From the NCBI GenBank assembly GCA_964621195.1, contig CAZULJ010000001.1, positions 33,200-97,199 of the forward strand: DNA of 64,000 nucleotides. The letters run 5' to 3'. This document shows positions 9,132 through 19,329 of the stretch, in pieces. The number at the start of each line of letters is the position of its first letter. Position 1 is the stretch's first letter. This DNA is from an uncultured Candidatus Saccharibacteria bacterium. Its GTDB lineage: Bacteria > Patescibacteriota > Dojkabacteria > SC72. A program made the translations under genes and the position numbers. The notes beneath the pieces are model-generated. The model was not told where the DNA came from. It made no database searches and saw nothing but the letters and a program-made list of their open reading frames with translations.

Positions 9132-10893
9132 CAGTTACTGACTTTGCTAAGTTCCTTGGCTTATCAATATTATTACCTAACTCTCTTGCTATATAGAAGG
9201 AGAGTAATTGAAAAGGAATCACATTTGCTATTGCTTTTAATGTATCAGTAGAGGGTACCTCTATGAAATGATCAAAGCATTTCTCTTCCTGTTTATCTCC
9301 AATACCTACTGTAAGAGCTCCCCTAGCCTTTACCTCCTGTGTTGCAGAGATTAGATCTTTTCTATTCTCATCATTTGAGATTATTGATATTACTGGAGTT
9401 CCCTTCTCAATTAATGCTATTACTCCATGTTTAAGTTCTCCTGCAGCGAATCCTTCAAAATGCTTGTATGAGATCTCTTTTATCTTTAATGCCCCCTCTT
9501 GAGCTATATGGAAGTTTTGACCTTTTCCTAATATAAAGAAGTGTTCATTTTTAACAAGTAGTTTTGAAATCTTTTCTATCTTCTTAAATGTTTTAGGTGT
9601 GAAGAAGAGTTCTAAATTTGAAGAGAGTTTTGTTAATTCTTTCTTTGCTTCTAGGTATTTACCTACGATTGACATTGAGAGTAGATATCCGAAGGATATT
9701 TGTGATGTAAAAACCTTTGTAGATGCTACACAGATTTCGCTCCCTGCATTTGACATAAAGAAGGTATCTGAGAGTCTACCAAGTGTTGAACCAGGCATAT
9801 TTATTATACTTGCGATAAATGTACCCTTCTCCTTTAATTTCTCAACTACTTCCAGGGTGTCAGCTGTTTCTCCGCTTTGTGATATTGCTATCAATGTATC
9901 ATCTTTGCCTATTAAATCTATATATGATTCTGTTTCGTATGCTTTAATTGAGATTGCATTTACCTTCGCTATCTTTCTTAAATAAAAGGCTATTTGATCT
10001 GCACTAAAGCCTGCAGTACCTGCTCCTACAGTATATATATTTCTTGATTTTTTAATTCTGTCTATTAGTGGCTTAAGATCTTTTTGTGAATATTGTGTGG
10101 CTTTTAGAATAGTGTGTTGTTGTTCTACAATTTCCTTGATCATAAAGTGGGAGTATTCTCCTTTAGATATTTCAATATTTAATAGGTCTTCTTTCTTAGG
10201 TTTTCTCTCTATATACTTACCTTTCGAAATATCGAAAATCTTGTAACTATTTGTATCTATTTCAACTAATTCACCATTGTTTACTTCTACAATGCTTGTA
10301 CAGTATTGGTTAAATGCTAAGGGATCAGATGCTAAGTATACACTTCCATCCTCTATACCTAATATTAGTGGGCTACCATTTCTGATGGCATATATACGGT
10401 TTGATTTGCTATCTAACATAATGACAGTATTTCTTCCTTGTAACTGTTTAAAGGCCTCTACAAGAGCCTGTTTGAGGTCTGTAGTATGTTTGTACTGTTC
10501 TTCCACTAGTTTTACGATTACTTCTGTATCAACTTGGGTATCAAAGATATATCCTTTCTTAGAAAGAAGGACTTTTAATTCTGTATAGTTTTCTACAATA
10601 CCATTTTGTGCTAATACAAAGCTTTTATCTGTTGAATAGTGGGGATGTGCATTGGTTATGGTAACACCACCATGTGTAGCCCATCTAGTGTGTCCAATTC
10701 CAACTTTATGGGAGTTGTCATTTACTTTATACTCTACGGGTATTTCTCCGATTGCCTTCTTTGTTACAATCTTCCCCTTTTCTATTGTACTTATTCCCCA
10801 TGAGTCATATCCTCTGTATTCTAGTCTTTTTAATCCTTGATGAATTATATATTGGGCATTTGATTGTCCAATGTATCCGAAAATACCGCACAT
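9124..10893 (-). CDS. glmS: glutamine--fructose-6-phosphate transaminase (isomerizing)
   Basis: MCGIFG N-terminus, RLEYRGYDS, GHTRWATHG, SQSGETADT, C-terminal PRNLAKSVTV. Confidence 0.98.
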   Translation of the reverse strand: MCGIFGYIGQSNAQYIIHQGLKRLEYRGYDSWGISTIEKGKIVTKKAIGEIPVEYKVNDNSHKVGIGHTRWATHGGVTITNAHPHYSTDKSFVLAQNGIVENYTELKVLLSKKGYIFDTQVDTEVIVKLVEEQYKHTTDLKQALVEAFKQLQGRNTVIMLDSKSNRIYAIRNGSPLILGIEDGSVYLASDPLAFNQYCTSIVEVNNGELVEIDTNSYKIFDISKGKYIERKPKKEDLLNIEISKGEYSHFMIKEIVEQQHTILKATQYSQKDLKPLIDRIKKSRNIYTVGAGTAGFSADQIAFYLRKIAKVNAISIKAYETESYIDLIGKDDTLIAISQSGETADTLEVVEKLKEKGTFIASIINMPGSTLGRLSDTFFMSNAGSEICVASTKVFTSQISFGYLLSMSIVGKYLEAKKELTKLSSNLELFFTPKTFKKIEKISKLLVKNEHFFILGKGQNFHIAQEGALKIKEISYKHFEGFAAGELKHGVIALIEKGTPVISIISNDENRKDLISATQEVKARGALTVGIGDKQEEKCFDHFIEVPSTDTLKAIANVIPFQLLSFYIARELGNNIDKPRNLAKSVTVK

Positions 10894-10925
10894 ATTTTTA
10901 GTGTTTATACTTTATATCGTTTTGG

Positions 10926-11058
10926 GAATGTAATGAGTGATCCTTTTGTTTCCTTTGTAGATCATCTTTAGGTTGTTACAACAACCTGAAGGTACCCGCT
11001 GATTATTTCGATAGCCTTCTCCTCGTTGTATACTTTTTAGTATACCCAGTCGCTTAAA
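10926..11058 (-). ncRNA. glmS ribozyme (GlcN6P-activated self-cleaving riboswitch), compact variant
   Basis: Minus strand reads A^GCGACUGG, P1 GUAUAC/GUAUAC, ACGAGG, P2 GAAGG...CCUUC around UAUCGAAAUAAUCAGCGGGUA, P3 AGGUUG/CAACCU, P4 UGAUC/GAUCA, and P3.1 pseudoknot UGUAA/UUACA; sits directly 5' of glmS. Confidence 0.88.
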
Positions 11059-11102
11059 TATATTAAGTTCCCTTCTCTATTATACATATCTTAGGGTAAA
11101 TG

Positions 11103-11774
11103 TTAATCCCTTCTCCTTATCAAGGATGCATAGTACAAAACGTTGAGTATAGAGGTTAGAAGTGATGCAATATATGTTGTTGCAGCGGCAGAAAGAACTG
11201 ATTTGGCACCAGAAAGTCTACTCTCCTGTATTAGGTTATACTTCTTAATTAATCTTAGTGCTCTGTTACTTGCATCTATTTCAATTGGTAGTGTTACTAG
11301 TGCAAATACTGCAGTCAAAGAAAAGAGTACCAAGCCAATTTCTGCAAGTCCTAGTAGATTTAGAATTAATCCAGCAATTATTAATATATATCCTAACTGT
11401 GATCCAATATTAACTATTGGTACAAGTCCTGTCCTAATGTTAAAGAGTAGAGACTTTTCAAACTTTTGTTGAACATGGCCAAACTCATGAGCAACAACAG
11501 CTATAGATCCTACAGAGGAATCTAGGGCTGGTGTAGAGATTGTTACAATGTCCTTACTCGGATCAAAATGATCGCTTAGTGCTGGACCATATATTTGTAT
11601 ATCAACAGGAAAGCCCTCTCCATCCTTAATTATCTTTGCAGCTTGCTCTCCTGTATATTCTGTTCCAGGTGATAGGTTGGAATACTTCTTAAAGGACGTA
11701 GTAATCCATATCTGAGCTATGAGGGCTAGTGCAAGTGCTGGGAGCATATATATGAAGTATGATGAGTCAAACAT
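11103..11774 (-). CDS. membrane zinc metallopeptidase, YugP/Zn_peptidase_2 family
   Basis: LSDHFDP, AVVAHEFGHVQQ, TLPIEIDASNRA, AAATTYIA. Confidence 0.9.
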   Translation of the reverse strand: MFDSSYFIYMLPALALALIAQIWITTSFKKYSNLSPGTEYTGEQAAKIIKDGEGFPVDIQIYGPALSDHFDPSKDIVTISTPALDSSVGSIAVVAHEFGHVQQKFEKSLLFNIRTGLVPIVNIGSQLGYILIIAGLILNLLGLAEIGLVLFSLTAVFALVTLPIEIDASNRALRLIKKYNLIQESRLSGAKSVLSAAATTYIASLLTSILNVLYYASLIRRRD

Positions 11775-11836
11775 ATGTGTTTATTCTAATACCTTAAAGT
11801 ACCTTTATTTTATCATTGATTTGATTGAGGGGGTAT

Positions 11837-11866
11837 ATAGAGGGTAGAGATTAATCTACCCCCTAT
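11837..11866. terminator. stem-loop, probable terminator of the large surface-protein gene
   Basis: ATAGaGGGTAGA-gattaa-TCTACCCcCTAT just past the 11871 stop; U-tract weak. Confidence 0.5.
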
Positions 11867-11870
11867 TCAT

Positions 11871-14800
11871 TTAAAAAGTTTTCTTCTTGTTTTGACCGAA
11901 GAGAAGAATACCCGAGACTGTTACCAATCCAAGTATTACTAGTATCCATATCCAGTATTTCTGTAAGAAGTTTCTCTCATCTAGTATAGCAAAATCTATT
12001 GTTACATCCTCATTCTCTACTATCTCAACACCAAGAGTATTCTCTTCTATATTGAAATTGTCTGGGAGCTTACTCTCGTCGATCTCTACAAAGTACTCAC
12101 CAGTACATAGTGTTGTTTCCCAGTAGCCATTTTCATCGGAAGTTAATTCTTTAACTGTCTCCTCTGTTCCATCATCTTTTGTATATATTCTTACAGGAAT
12201 ATCTGTGTAGATCTTTTCATCTGAATCTTTTTCTCCATTCTTATTACTATCTACATATATATACCCAGAAATCTTTGAAGGATTCTCACATGTTTGTGAA
12301 CCTTTTACCTCTGGAGATGAGACTTCCTCTCCTTCTTCTTCAAAGTCTTCATCGCCACTTCCAATACCAAATAGGTCAGAGACATAAGTGGTTACCTTCT
12401 TGATAATAGTAGGCGATTTTACAGTGTCTGTTGCTCCTGCGACCTCACCCGTTTCTGTTGGCAAGATAATTGGGTCTACTGTAATTTCTATGTCCTCAGA
12501 TGCACAGAGGGCAGAGCTTTCGCACACTTCTAATTCTGCTGTAAATACTCCAACTGCACTGTACTGATGTGAGACATTACTTAATATCTGTCCAATTACA
12601 GGTGTACTTCCAGTAACATCTGGAGTTCCATCTCCAAATGAGAGTGTATATGTCCAGTCGCTATCATCTAAACCTGGATCAGTAAATGATCCGTTGAATA
12701 TTACATTATTACCCTCTGTAATAACTGTGGAATCTGAAGAAAAGATGAGGCTGGGTAATACGTTTTCGATTGTTACTACAAAAGTATGAGGGTTGGATTC
12801 GTTACCAGCCATATCTCTACTGTAGTAAGTGATTGTGTAGTCACCTTCTGGTATAAGTGATGTATCTGCAACAAGGGTGTTAATACCATAGCTGTTATTC
12901 AATTCTGTAAGTATTGTAGCTGTTAAATCGATATTCCAGCTATTTGTCTCTACTGAGGGGAAGATACATGTGTTAGGATGGTCTCCTAGATCACTTTGGA
13001 TTGAATAGCAGAATTTCTCTATTTCAAAATTGTCCTCAGCGAGTACTTCTTTTGTTGGAATTGTAGAACCTTCGAGGATTGCAAAATCATCTAATGTAGA
13101 TACTGTAGGGATTGTATTATCTACAATTACATTTATTACATCTACCGAAATATTGTTGTCCTTATTATTGGCCTTATCTCTTGCTTCAAGTCTCATTTCG
13201 TACTCCCCATCAGGTTTGGCTGTTGTATCCCAAGTGTAGATGGTTTCATCTAATAAATTGGTTGATGTTGTAATTGTTTGTGACTTTACTCCTTCTATAC
13301 TGTAGTAGTATCTAAGTAGATTACTGTCTTGAACGGAGCCTCTAAAGTCTACAGTACCTTTTACATACTCAGTGTCTGAAGGGTTAGTTATTTCAACTGA
13401 TGGTGGAGTCCAGTCTATAATGATCTTACAGCTACTTGAGAAGCCGTATGGACCATCAAGTGACCAACCAGATATATTACCTGCTAGGTCTACTGTTCTA
13501 ACTTGAAAACCATATGTTCCCTCCATTGGTATATTCCACCATGAACTGTCAAAGTAATTTGTATAAAATGGTGAAGATACTAATCCTGCAGATCCTGTAG
13601 GAGCATTAAATGACGAGTATTCATATTTGTAGAAATTTATATCTGATGTTGAATTCCAGTGCTCTTTAATATGTTTTGTATTGCTATATCCTCCACACAT
13701 TACCTCTTTGTTGTTATCTACATCCCAGAAGTAAAGTCCAGTTGGGATTTCAGGAACTATTGTATCCAATTCTATTGAACAGTTATCTTGCATTTCATCT
13801 GTTGTAAGGGTACTCGGTGTTAACCAATCTTGACTCCAGTTACTCCAGTTTCCAGCCATATCTTGAGCGCGTACTCTAATGTAGTGTCTTCCTTCATTTA
13901 AAGAACCACTGTATTGAGAATTGACTCCGTTAAAGAATACGGTCCATAGGCCTCTTGTACCTGAGGTAGTTGGATAGTTAATTTGATATTCATAACCTTT
14001 TATTGGAGATCCCGTACCATCAGAATCAGACCAGTCAACAGTGGTATTTTTTACGTTTGTATATCCACCACATTGGGTTGTTGGATTATTAAAGCCTAAT
14101 ACTTCTGGGGTGGAAGGTTTGGTTGCATCATAGAAATAATGGACAGGAGTACTCCATGCACTTTCGTTACCGACATTATCTATCGCTTGTACCCTTATTG
14201 TGACTCCTCCTTGTTCTGAAATATTTGGAACATGATTCCTTTGACTTAATGTTGTAAGTCTATATGGACCTCCAGAGAATGTATGACCATCATCATAGAT
14301 ATATTCTATTCGATATTCTTTGATACCTGATGTGTCAGATACATCAGTCCAATCATTTAAGATAGGGGTAGAGTTGAAATATTGACCCTCTGCAGGAAAT
14401 ACTATTGAAGGAGCTTCTGGTGGTGTACTGTCATATGTTATTTGGCAACTCCCTAGAAGTGTTTTGTCACTTAATGACCAGGCTGATTTATTTCCAGCGA
14501 GATCAACAGCTCTTACAGCATAACCATATGTTCCATCTACTGTTGGTACCCAACTATGTACAAATTCAGATGTAAACAATTTCTGCTCGTTAATACCTAT
14601 ACTCCCATTTGGGTGGAAAGAGGTGTATTCATAGTGTGAGAGATCTGATTCTGTATTATCATCCCAATCTGGGATTAAAGTTTGCAATGTTGTCAAATCA
14701 CTACATTGATACAAAGTACTATCAAGTCCCCTTCTATGTAGGCCTATTGGAGCACTTGGTGCAATAGTGTCTATAGTGAACTTTTCAAGCTCTGACCATT

Positions 14801-16304
14801 CGCTCTCATTATCATTCATATCCACTGCCTTAACTTGCCAGTAATATGTTCTGTCTTGTGTTGTTCCAGCCTGATATTCAGAAATAGGTCTCCAAACTCC
14901 TGTAGAATTGGGATATACTGAGCATGAGGCGGGGATATTAGATATGTCAGAACAATTGTAGAAAATTCTGTAGTAGTATCCCTTTATTGAGCCACCTGTA
15001 ACCGTAGAATCTTCCCATTGCATCAAAGGTGTATTGTCATTGATTGAAACCCCATCTATTGGATATTCTAGTACAGGAATACTTGGTACAGGGGGTTTGA
15101 GAGTATACAATCTTTTATTTTCAGAATCTGCATAATTATATTGATTATCAATATCTGTAACGGATGAGTCTGTAGTAATATCATCTATGTAGATATGAAA
15201 AAGGTCGGATTGATTGCTAATTTTTTCGATTATTAATCTTGCTTCGGATGTTACACCAGATCCCTGAGCTACATTTATACCATGCCATAAGTTACCACTA
15301 GTTGTTATATCTCTTGCAGTTACAATTGATCCATTAACAACTATTCCCGATCGGTCGTTATTAATTGAGGTTACCGTATCAAGAAGTATGTTATTAACTG
15401 TATATATGTTTATACCGTGCAAATTGGTTCCATCTGTTCCATCTATAGTTAAGTCCCTGATGGTTACATTATTTGCTTGAATACCAATCGCTGAGTTATT
15501 TGAGTTGTCTGTTTTTGCAAATTTGCTAAAAATTGTAAAACCATTTCCTTCTAAAGTAATTTCCTTGTTAATTGTAATCTGAGATGTAATATCTACATTG
15601 CTTCGAATTAATATAGTGTCACCATTCGTTGCAGCATTTATAGCGGCTTGAACAGTATCGTAGCATGTGTACCCACTACCAGAGGCTACACAAGATTCTG
15701 AATCTGAGTTGTTGCCATTGCCTACTGGATTGGGCGTAATAACTACAAAAGTTGTGAAATGATCTAAACCTGATATCCTAATCGTATTTCCCTCTACAAG
15801 TACTGAGTCTATTGGATTGTATGTACTACCATCTTCTGTATATTTAACCTCAATATTTTCTCCTTGATCATTGGGTAGTACTAAATCATATGTAAACGAT
15901 CCATTAGCCATTGTAGAAGTAAAATCCCAAGCATAGCTATCTGTTGTATTTAAAAGCTCTTTCTCTTCATCTGTAAGCAAAACCTTACTTATTCGGAGAT
16001 CTCCTTCCTCTGTAACAGAAGTGAACGTTATTCTTACTCGATCATCTTCAGGATACACATATTCTTTTTCTTCTACAGGAAATACTGTATAGATTCCCTC
16101 TTCGAATATTGAGGTTGATATCCCCTCTTCTAAAATATCTTCTGATTCGTCAGTCGGTATTTCAGCAATACTATCTGTCTTTGCAAGATCTAAATCTTGA
16201 GCAATAACAACAACGGGTGATAGAAGATTGGGTATTAGAATTGAAAAGAGTAAAAGGGAGTTTAAAATTTGGGCACTAACTCTATGAAGGGTTTTCTTCC
16301 TCAT
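11871..16304 (-). CDS. large modular cell-surface protein (parallel beta-helix, tandem Fn3/Ig-like repeats, PKD, SdrD-B-like domain, C-terminal TM anchor)
   Basis: signal region; TVQAAINAATNGDTI beta-helix start; repeated Y..(Q/R)VRA.D.AGN.S.WS...D.T.P units; FTDPG..D..W...FGDG PKD; SGYIYVDSNKNG SdrD-B; hydrophobic tail followed by KKK. Confidence 0.85.
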   Translation of the reverse strand: MRKKTLHRVSAQILNSLLLFSILIPNLLSPVVVIAQDLDLAKTDSIAEIPTDESEDILEEGISTSIFEEGIYTVFPVEEKEYVYPEDDRVRITFTSVTEEGDLRISKVLLTDEEKELLNTTDSYAWDFTSTMANGSFTYDLVLPNDQGENIEVKYTEDGSTYNPIDSVLVEGNTIRISGLDHFTTFVVITPNPVGNGNNSDSESCVASGSGYTCYDTVQAAINAATNGDTILIRSNVDITSQITINKEITLEGNGFTIFSKFAKTDNSNNSAIGIQANNVTIRDLTIDGTDGTNLHGINIYTVNNILLDTVTSINNDRSGIVVNGSIVTARDITTSGNLWHGINVAQGSGVTSEARLIIEKISNQSDLFHIYIDDITTDSSVTDIDNQYNYADSENKRLYTLKPPVPSIPVLEYPIDGVSINDNTPLMQWEDSTVTGGSIKGYYYRIFYNCSDISNIPASCSVYPNSTGVWRPISEYQAGTTQDRTYYWQVKAVDMNDNESEWSELEKFTIDTIAPSAPIGLHRRGLDSTLYQCSDLTTLQTLIPDWDDNTESDLSHYEYTSFHPNGSIGINEQKLFTSEFVHSWVPTVDGTYGYAVRAVDLAGNKSAWSLSDKTLLGSCQITYDSTPPEAPSIVFPAEGQYFNSTPILNDWTDVSDTSGIKEYRIEYIYDDGHTFSGGPYRLTTLSQRNHVPNISEQGGVTIRVQAIDNVGNESAWSTPVHYFYDATKPSTPEVLGFNNPTTQCGGYTNVKNTTVDWSDSDGTGSPIKGYEYQINYPTTSGTRGLWTVFFNGVNSQYSGSLNEGRHYIRVRAQDMAGNWSNWSQDWLTPSTLTTDEMQDNCSIELDTIVPEIPTGLYFWDVDNNKEVMCGGYSNTKHIKEHWNSTSDINFYKYEYSSFNAPTGSAGLVSSPFYTNYFDSSWWNIPMEGTYGFQVRTVDLAGNISGWSLDGPYGFSSSCKIIIDWTPPSVEITNPSDTEYVKGTVDFRGSVQDSNLLRYYYSIEGVKSQTITTSTNLLDETIYTWDTTAKPDGEYEMRLEARDKANNKDNNISVDVINVIVDNTIPTVSTLDDFAILEGSTIPTKEVLAEDNFEIEKFCYSIQSDLGDHPNTCIFPSVETNSWNIDLTATILTELNNSYGINTLVADTSLIPEGDYTITYYSRDMAGNESNPHTFVVTIENVLPSLIFSSDSTVITEGNNVIFNGSFTDPGLDDSDWTYTLSFGDGTPDVTGSTPVIGQILSNVSHQYSAVGVFTAELEVCESSALCASEDIEITVDPIILPTETGEVAGATDTVKSPTIIKKVTTYVSDLFGIGSGDEDFEEEGEEVSSPEVKGSQTCENPSKISGYIYVDSNKNGEKDSDEKIYTDIPVRIYTKDDGTEETVKELTSDENGYWETTLCTGEYFVEIDESKLPDNFNIEENTLGVEIVENEDVTIDFAILDERNFLQKYWIWILVILGLVTVSGILLFGQNKKKTF

Positions 16305-16386
16305 TTAATTAAGTATTTAAATTACTTATTAGAGATATATCTCTATATCTTATAATATAATCGTAAAATCAAGAAGTCAAATACCG

Positions 16387-16914
16387 TTATTTTCCCTTTG
16401 TATAGAGATATAAAAGGATGGCAATTGAAGAGCCTATTCCTGCTGTAATAATTTGCATATACCCCATAGATGTGAGGAATATGCTTGGTAATCCTATTAA
16501 TTCTATAAGTATTAAGGTAGAGGTATACAAGAATCCAACCTTAAAGAGTATTCCCAATACTCCTCCTATTACATTCTTAAACTTAGAAACACTCAAAGAA
16601 AGTAATACATTTGAAATAATGATAAAGGGCATTAAGTAAAGAAGAAACAACGTAGCACTACCAAATAACAATCCAGTACCAGTTGCAACCAAAGAGGGAA
16701 TTATTAAAAGTGGTATAGATTGTTTAAAACCGTATTTTAATGATGAAAACACTATCAAGAAGTTGATAGCACTACCAACTATTAACTGGGGTTGTGGAAT
16801 TAGTAATGGAATTAAGAAGGAAGATAGATAGAGAAATGGTAGTAGTAAGTAATCAATATCAAGTATAGACTTTTGTAAATGTATTCTTGTTGGTTCCATA
16901 TCCAAGTTTAACAT
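16387..16914 (-). CDS. integral membrane protein, ECF S-component-like
   Basis: about 6 TM helices; PQLIVGSAIN, MPFIIISN, QIITA.IG patterns. Confidence 0.55.
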   Translation of the reverse strand: MLNLDMEPTRIHLQKSILDIDYLLLPFLYLSSFLIPLLIPQPQLIVGSAINFLIVFSSLKYGFKQSIPLLIIPSLVATGTGLLFGSATLFLLYLMPFIIISNVLLSLSVSKFKNVIGGVLGILFKVGFLYTSTLILIELIGLPSIFLTSMGYMQIITAGIGSSIAILLYLYTKGK

Positions 16915-16957
16915 ATGGAGATTTGAAATAAAATCACTAAATGTTTAATATGTTGTT

Positions 16958-17566
16958 ATGCAGGATTCTAGAGGATTCAGAGAAAAGATTGAACAAGAGC
17001 GTTTAGACTCTATTAATGAAGTTCAGGCTATCCTTGATCGTGTAGATTTTGATATGGATGAATTAGAAGATGTAGAAAGTCCTAGGATACTTGTACTCGG
17101 GACTGGACCATACAACCCAGAAGCTCATATTGTAAAAGATTGGGCTGATAGAAGAGCGAAACCAGTAACAGTAACATGCGTTGATAAAGAGGACAACGAT
17201 GAACTATTTAATCGAACATTTCTGAAGTTAGAAGAGACTGATAACTTTAAAATTGAAAGATATAGGGGACTCTTTGAAGATTTTCCATTTGAAGAATACG
17301 ATTTAATATTCCTATTACGATTCCCCACATTATCGAAGATACCAGATTCTGTATATGAGAGTATTGCCTCTTCTTTGAGACCTGGTGGTATGTTATTACT
17401 TTCTGGAGGATATAGTGAGAAATATTTCACAGGGTACTCTCTAAAGCAGCCAGGTATAAATTTAGAGTCAATGGAGACAATACCTAGGTTTACAGGCGAT
17501 TTCTGGGGGTCATATTCTGGTGATAATGTCATTTTTAAATTTAAAAACAGAATTAATGAAATTTGA
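16958..17566 (+). CDS. class I SAM-dependent methyltransferase-like protein
   Basis: RILVLGTGP motif I, VTCVD, YDLIF, LRPGGMLLL. Confidence 0.7.
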   Translation: MQDSRGFREKIEQERLDSINEVQAILDRVDFDMDELEDVESPRILVLGTGPYNPEAHIVKDWADRRAKPVTVTCVDKEDNDELFNRTFLKLEETDNFKIERYRGLFEDFPFEEYDLIFLLRFPTLSKIPDSVYESIASSLRPGGMLLLSGGYSEKYFTGYSLKQPGINLESMETIPRFTGDFWGSYSGDNVIFKFKNRINEI

Positions 17567-18398
17567 GAAAGAAAAAAAGTATCTATGCCTGTTAGCCCCA
17601 TCGTTTGTATCTGTATATGACTATCCAGACATTGTATACAGGTTAAGAGCTTTAGGGTTTGAAAAAGTTGTAGAGGTAACATTTGGTGCTAAGATGACAA
17701 ATTTAGCTTACTATCAATTACTTAAGGAGAAGAATGATAGAACTTGGATATCATCTCCTTGCCCTACTCTTGTAAATGTGATTAGAGGGAAGTATCCCCA
17801 TTTATTAAGGAATCTTGTTCCTGTTCATTCTCCAATGGGTAGTATGGGATTAATATGTAAGAAACACTTCCCCGGTTATGTAAATGTATTCGTTGGACCA
17901 TGTTTAACAAAGAAAATGGAGGCTAAAGAGCTTGGTACTATAGATGAGGTTTTAACTTTTAGAGAGTTAGATGAACTATTTATTCAATACAATATCCCAG
18001 AGAAGATTACAGACCCTAAACATTGTATTACTTTTGATAAATTCTATAACGACTATACAAAGGTATATCCATTGTCTGGTGGGCTATCTAATACCATGCA
18101 ATATGAAGATATATTAAAAAAGAAGGATATATTGGTAATGGAAGGAATGAGTAACATAATTAAGATTCTTGATGGATTTAAAGATGGATATTACAAAAAT
18201 TATAAATTTCTAGATATTCTTACATGTGAGGGGGGATGTATAAATGGCCCTGGGATAAACTATCAATATCCAGTAAAAGAAAGGATAAAGAGGGTAAAGA
18301 AATACAAAGAGTATGCTAGTAGATATGAGAAAGATCTGGGAAGGACTGGAAAGAAGGTTCATGCTGAAGGTATAGACTTCTCTAGGAAATTTGAGTAA
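17556..18398 (+). CDS. minimal [FeFe]-hydrogenase H-cluster-domain protein
   Basis: LAPSF, EVTFGA, L1 SSPCP, L2 VGPCLTKKME, L3 DILTCEGGCINGPG; no N-terminal ferredoxin clusters; start taken at ATG 17556. Confidence 0.85.
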   Translation: MKFEKEKKYLCLLAPSFVSVYDYPDIVYRLRALGFEKVVEVTFGAKMTNLAYYQLLKEKNDRTWISSPCPTLVNVIRGKYPHLLRNLVPVHSPMGSMGLICKKHFPGYVNVFVGPCLTKKMEAKELGTIDEVLTFRELDELFIQYNIPEKITDPKHCITFDKFYNDYTKVYPLSGGLSNTMQYEDILKKKDILVMEGMSNIIKILDGFKDGYYKNYKFLDILTCEGGCINGPGINYQYPVKERIKRVKKYKEYASRYEKDLGRTGKKVHAEGIDFSRKFE

Positions 18399-18804
18399 AA
18401 TTTTTTACATTCAATATTAGGTGAGAACTATCATCCATCTCAATATCTATTAAAGGTGGATCTTCATTTTCTTCTGTAGGTATATAGAGTGGTTGGATAC
18501 TGTTTTCACTACATTGCATATTACCTTGTAGATATCTTCCAAAAGAGAGCAAGTTGTCCGGTTCTGTCATTTTTAGTAAAAGAAGAATATGTATTACTTC
18601 AACCTGTCTTTTTGCATCCCTTGATTCTACTCGTATCCATTGCCTTTCTTCTCTCCTATTAGTTGAAAATATACATAGAAGTGCTTTGTATAGATCATCC
18701 ATAGAAAGGTATCTCCATTTGTTTTCAGTCATTTCATATGCCTCTTTTATCATTGCTCTTCTTGTACTGTCCTTTTCTCTTTCTTCCATGATAATATCTA
18801 ACAT
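18382..18804 (-). CDS. hypothetical protein
   Basis: 140-aa ORF; upstream TATAAT on minus; no motif. Confidence 0.5.
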   Translation of the reverse strand: MLDIIMEEREKDSTRRAMIKEAYEMTENKWRYLSMDDLYKALLCIFSTNRREERQWIRVESRDAKRQVEVIHILLLLKMTEPDNLLSFGRYLQGNMQCSENSIQPLYIPTEENEDPPLIDIEMDDSSHLILNVKNFTQIS

Positions 18805-18828
18805 TAATGTATTAACGAATTATACCTC

Positions 18829-19269
18829 ATGAACCAGTATATGAAGATAGCTATGGATGAAGCCAGAAAAGGAATGTCTAAGGGACATGGAGGCCCATTT
18901 GGAGCCGTAATTGTTAAAGATGGTAAGATCCTAGCAAAGGATCACAATACTGTTTTAAGAAAAAAGGATGCTACATGCCATGCAGAGTTAAATGTAATAA
19001 GGGGGGCCAGTAAGAAGTTAAAAAGCTTTGACCTTTCTTCCTGTGAGATATATACCACTGGTAAACCTTGTAAGATGTGTGAGGCAGCAATTAATTGGGC
19101 AAAGATAAAGAAAGTATATTACGGCAATACATATCGTGAAGCAATGAATATGGGTTTTGATGATGAAAGAGGAAATAATGAGGGTTTAGTTGAAGAAAGA
19201 ATTGATAGTTCGGAGACAGTAAAACTTGTTGAAGAATGGAATTCTTTTTCAAAAAAGAAAACTTACTAG
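18829..19269 (+). CDS. nucleoside/guanine deaminase, cytidine deaminase-like fold
   Basis: GGPFGAVIV, HAE, PCKMC zinc ligands. Confidence 0.92.
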   Translation: MNQYMKIAMDEARKGMSKGHGGPFGAVIVKDGKILAKDHNTVLRKKDATCHAELNVIRGASKKLKSFDLSSCEIYTTGKPCKMCEAAINWAKIKKVYYGNTYREAMNMGFDDERGNNEGLVEERIDSSETVKLVEEWNSFSKKKTY

Positions 19270-19329
19270 TTGTTTGACTTTTCTTTCTTAGCCCTATAAC
19301 CTATTCAATAACCTCTAACTAGTTCTAAT

